Assembly (NCBI GenBank): GCA_012522585.1 | Contig: JAAYKD010000069.1 | Coordinates: 1,602 to 65,601, forward strand | Direction of reading: 5' to 3' | DNA from: Bacillota bacterium | GTDB taxonomy: Bacteria > Bacillota > JAAYKD01 | Length of the DNA: 64,000 nucleotides | Shown: positions 61,583-64,000 of the stretch, one piece after another | Numbering within the stretch: position 1 is the stretch's first letter | Layout of the letters: the number at the start of each line of letters is the position of its first letter | The notes under the pieces: model-generated | Databases searched by the model: none | What the model was told of the DNA's origin: nothing | What the model saw: only the letters and a program-made list of their open reading frames with translations | Program-made: the position numbers and the translations under genes

Positions 61583-61904
61583 GTTTGTTCCCTATTTCCT
61601 CATGACATGCTGCATCATTCTCGCACTTTGCGCCATAGCCGCTTTGATCAGAGCTATTAAAGGTCCAAGATACACCGATCGTTTAGTCGCAGGCAATATG
61701 ATTGGCACCATGGTCATTGCCACCATGTGTATCTTATCGGTCTATTTAGGTCAAAGTTTCCTAGTCGATGTGGCAATTGTCTATGCTTTGCTCAGCGCCT
61801 TAGCAGTTATCGTTCTTTCCCGCCTGATCATTGTTAGGCGCTACGAACAAATAGATAAAGAGGGCGGCCAACCTGTCTTAGACGATTGGAGGCAAGAGCA
61901 ATGA
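61566..61904 (+). CDS. mrpF: Mrp/Mnh antiporter subunit F
   Basis: IRAIKGPRYTDRLVAGNMIGTM matches the MrpF/PhaF signature. Confidence 0.8.
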   Translation: MTKLSEFVPYFLMTCCIILALCAIAALIRAIKGPRYTDRLVAGNMIGTMVIATMCILSVYLGQSFLVDVAIVYALLSALAVIVLSRLIIVRRYEQIDKEGGQPVLDDWRQEQ

Positions 61905-62236
61905 TCAATACTATCAGCACTATAATAGGTATGTTTTTAATCGCCTCCGGAATTTTCACTTTTATTTCTGCTATTTTTGGTGTTTACCGCTTTAAATATG
62001 TGCTCAATCGCATGCATGCTGCGGCCCTTTGTGAAACCCTTGGCATGATGCTATTGATTTCTGGTCTAAGTTTTATCATAGGTATTTCCTGGCATGCCGC
62101 TAAAATGATTTTAATCGTGGTTTTCATCTGGCTGGCTTCACCAGTTTCCAGCCATCTGATCGCCCGAGCCGAAATACTGACATATAAGGGCATAGAAAAC
62201 GAATTGGAGGTTGTTGACGATGAATGTAGTGCTTGA
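61886..62236 (+). CDS. mrpG: Mrp/Mnh antiporter subunit G
   Basis: MnhG-like 3-TM protein (..FGVYRFKYVLNRMHAAAL..). Confidence 0.8.
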   Translation: MEARAMINTISTIIGMFLIASGIFTFISAIFGVYRFKYVLNRMHAAALCETLGMMLLISGLSFIIGISWHAAKMILIVVFIWLASPVSSHLIARAEILTYKGIENELEVVDDECSA

Positions 62237-62474
62237 GTTAATTTTATTGGCCTTCCTGTTCATCTGTGCCATTGGGGCAATGACCTCTGAACGCCTATTG
62301 GTTTCTGTAGTCATCTATATGTCTTATGGTTTAGTCATGGCCTTGATTTGGGCCTTGCTACAAAGTCCGGACTTAGCCATCACAGAAGCAGCCGTCGGAG
62401 CCGGTGTCTCCGGCATACTCTTCTTTTTAACTCTCAAAAGAATTCATGCTTTAAAAGGAACGGAGGATGAATAA
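62211..62474 (+). CDS. MnhB N-terminal-domain-like small membrane protein (DUF4040/MbhD-like)
   Basis: 87-aa, 3-TM ORF. Its position between mrpG and mrpB matches mbhD. Confidence 0.55.
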   Translation: MLTMNVVLELILLAFLFICAIGAMTSERLLVSVVIYMSYGLVMALIWALLQSPDLAITEAAVGAGVSGILFFLTLKRIHALKGTEDE

Positions 62475-62477
62475 AGG

Positions 62478-63392
62478 TTGAAAATTTTCAAGGGTAGATT
62501 TTTTCAAAATTTGATCATGTGGGTCAACGGAGATACAGAGCATTTTCTGCCGCCTGCTGATACCAAAATGATGGAATCCCCTAAGGTTCCCAGTGTAACC
62601 CAGACCCTCAGGCCTTTACCTACCAAGGATGAGGTTTTTTTAGGCAGCTTTACAGGCCTTTCTATTTTCCTGGTCATAGGCTTGGTTTCCATCCTTTTGT
62701 TGACAACATATAATTTGCCTCTTTTTGGCGATCCGGACAACCCCGTAGTCAACGAAGTGATTAAACGCTATGTGGAAAAGGGTGTAGAAGAAACAGGAGC
62801 CATCAACGTTGTTGCCGGCATGATTTTAGACTACAGGGCCTTTGATACTCTGGGCGAAGCCTCCGTTTTGCTTTTAGCCGGAACCAGTGTGATGATGCTC
62901 TTGCTCAAAGATATTAAAAACACCGACCCAGAAGATGATCAAATAGCAGCTTATGAAATGGAAATTGAGGAGCGCAATCGGGATCTCATCTTACAGAAGA
63001 TAACCATGATTTTACTCCCAGCCATCATCCTCTACGGTATCTACGTGGTAATCAACGGGCATCTATCGCCTGGGGGTGGGTTCTCAGGAGGGGCAATTTT
63101 AGGCGCTGGTTTAATTCTCTATGCTTCAGCCTTCGGCACCAATGAAGTCAGAAAAATTTTCACCATGAAAACCTTTAAAATTCTGACCACCTCCGCTTTG
63201 ATGACTTATGCCATCTGTAAAACATACGTTTTCCTCTTGGGAGCCAATGGCATTGATACGCGCATCCCTTTAGGCACACCCGGAGCAATCTTCAGCAGTG
63301 GTTTAATCTTCGTCCTGGATGTTTGTGTTGGCATCATTGTTGCTTGTACCATGTATGGTTTCTACTCAATATTTACAACGGGGGAAATCTAA
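62478..63392 (+). CDS. MnhB/MrpB-related membrane subunit (MbhE/F-like)
   Basis: Multi-TM protein with an MnhB-domain C-terminal half. TTG start (uncertain). Confidence 0.55.
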   Translation: MKIFKGRFFQNLIMWVNGDTEHFLPPADTKMMESPKVPSVTQTLRPLPTKDEVFLGSFTGLSIFLVIGLVSILLLTTYNLPLFGDPDNPVVNEVIKRYVEKGVEETGAINVVAGMILDYRAFDTLGEASVLLLAGTSVMMLLLKDIKNTDPEDDQIAAYEMEIEERNRDLILQKITMILLPAIILYGIYVVINGHLSPGGGFSGGAILGAGLILYASAFGTNEVRKIFTMKTFKILTTSALMTYAICKTYVFLLGANGIDTRIPLGTPGAIFSSGLIFVLDVCVGIIVACTMYGFYSIFTTGEI

Positions 63393-63394
63393 AA

Positions 63395-63777
63395 TGAACA
63401 ATCTATTAAAAACAATGATCAACGATCGTTTTATGATAGCGGCAGTCTTGCTCTTCGGATTTGGTTTTATGAATCTCTTGTTGCAGAAAAATCTGATCCG
63501 CAAAATCATCTCCTTTAATATCATGGAGTCTTCGATCTTTTTGTTTTTAGCTTCCCAAGGCTACATCAATGGTCGCATTGCTCCTATCATCGTCGACGGA
63601 ATCCTCGATGCAGATGTCTATATCAACCCCATACCCAGTGGCCTGGTTTTAACAGGCATAGTCGTTTCCGTCAGTGTTACGGCTTTCTTTTTGGCTTTAA
63701 CGGTCAGACTTTACAATATATACAAAACCGTCGACTTCGACGAAATCATGCTTTTAGTCAATAAGGAGGCGGAATAG
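63395..63777 (+). CDS. mrpC: Mrp/Mnh antiporter subunit C (NuoK-like)
   Basis: About 127-aa, 3-TM NuoK-like protein. Start placed at the ATG that has a GGGGGAAAT RBS. Confidence 0.7.
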
Positions 63778-64000
63778 ATGTTACCATTACATTATAATAT
63801 ACCGGCCATCAGCATTCTTGCCTGCCTTATTTCCGGAATAGTCATTCCCCTTCTGCCCAGTGAGAGAGCAGCTCTCAGGCTGAATCTAACGGTCAGCGGT
63901 TTTGTCGCGTTTTTGTCCGCTATCCTTCTATACAAGGTAGTGCCCAATAACGAATACTTCGTCTACACCATGGGAAGCTTTCCCGCTCCCTGGGGCAACG
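63778..64000 (+). CDS. mrpD: Mrp/Mnh antiporter subunit D (NuoN/NuoM-like), 5' part only (continues past window)
   Basis: ATG with AAGGAGG RBS. Hydrophobic N-terminus. Position after mrpC. Confidence 0.6.
   Translation, partial: MLPLHYNIPAISILACLISGIVIPLLPSERAALRLNLTVSGFVAFLSAILLYKVVPNNEYFVYTMGSFPAPWGN

Overview
This 64-kb window is a Firmicutes/Clostridia-type chromosomal segment (about 40% GC) with a largely Bacillus-like core gene order.

Backbone genes, in order along the window:
- A glycine riboswitch, a 45-codon gcvT stub and lpdA.
- A glycyl-radical enzyme (GRE) with its activase.
- ilvE, an M14 carboxypeptidase-like protein, apbE, a Gx-family membrane protein and coaD.
- An NfeD/SPFH pair, a long-form urocanase, sdaAB/sdaAA and msrAB.
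- mtaB, rsmE, prmA, dnaJ, dnaK, grpE, an archaeal-type (group II) chaperonin, hrcA with a perfect CIRCE operator, hemW and lepA.
- A TetR regulator, rpsT, holA, comEC and comEA.
- An M42 peptidase, a NYN/OST-HTH protein, a marR-ABC exporter pair, a DJ-1 protein and pntAA-pntAB-pntB.
- oppABCDF, tRNA-Ser(UGA) and the start of an mrp-type (EFGBB'CD) antiporter module.

The two observations I rate highest:
- pntB is 1010 aa. It carries the normal membrane (dII) domain followed by four diverged, in-frame tandem copies of the NADP(H)-binding dIII domain. The nucleotide repeat period is about 540-560 bp, and a decayed fifth copy lies just past the terminator.
- The 3' ends of at least four other genes (the AEC transporter, the GRE, the Gx membrane protein and comEC) are tandemly duplicated once to five times into the downstream intergenic DNA. 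Together with pntB this points to a locus-independent tendency for 3'-terminal segment duplication.

Other points of interest:
- A group II (thermosome-like) chaperonin sits inside the hrcA-grpE-dnaK-dnaJ heat-shock operon.
- The glycine riboswitch is followed by a gcvT remnant and an intact lpdA.
- The GRE eliminase and its activase lie next to a flavin-reductase/rubredoxin fusion gene.

No CRISPR array, rRNA, transposase or integrase was seen.
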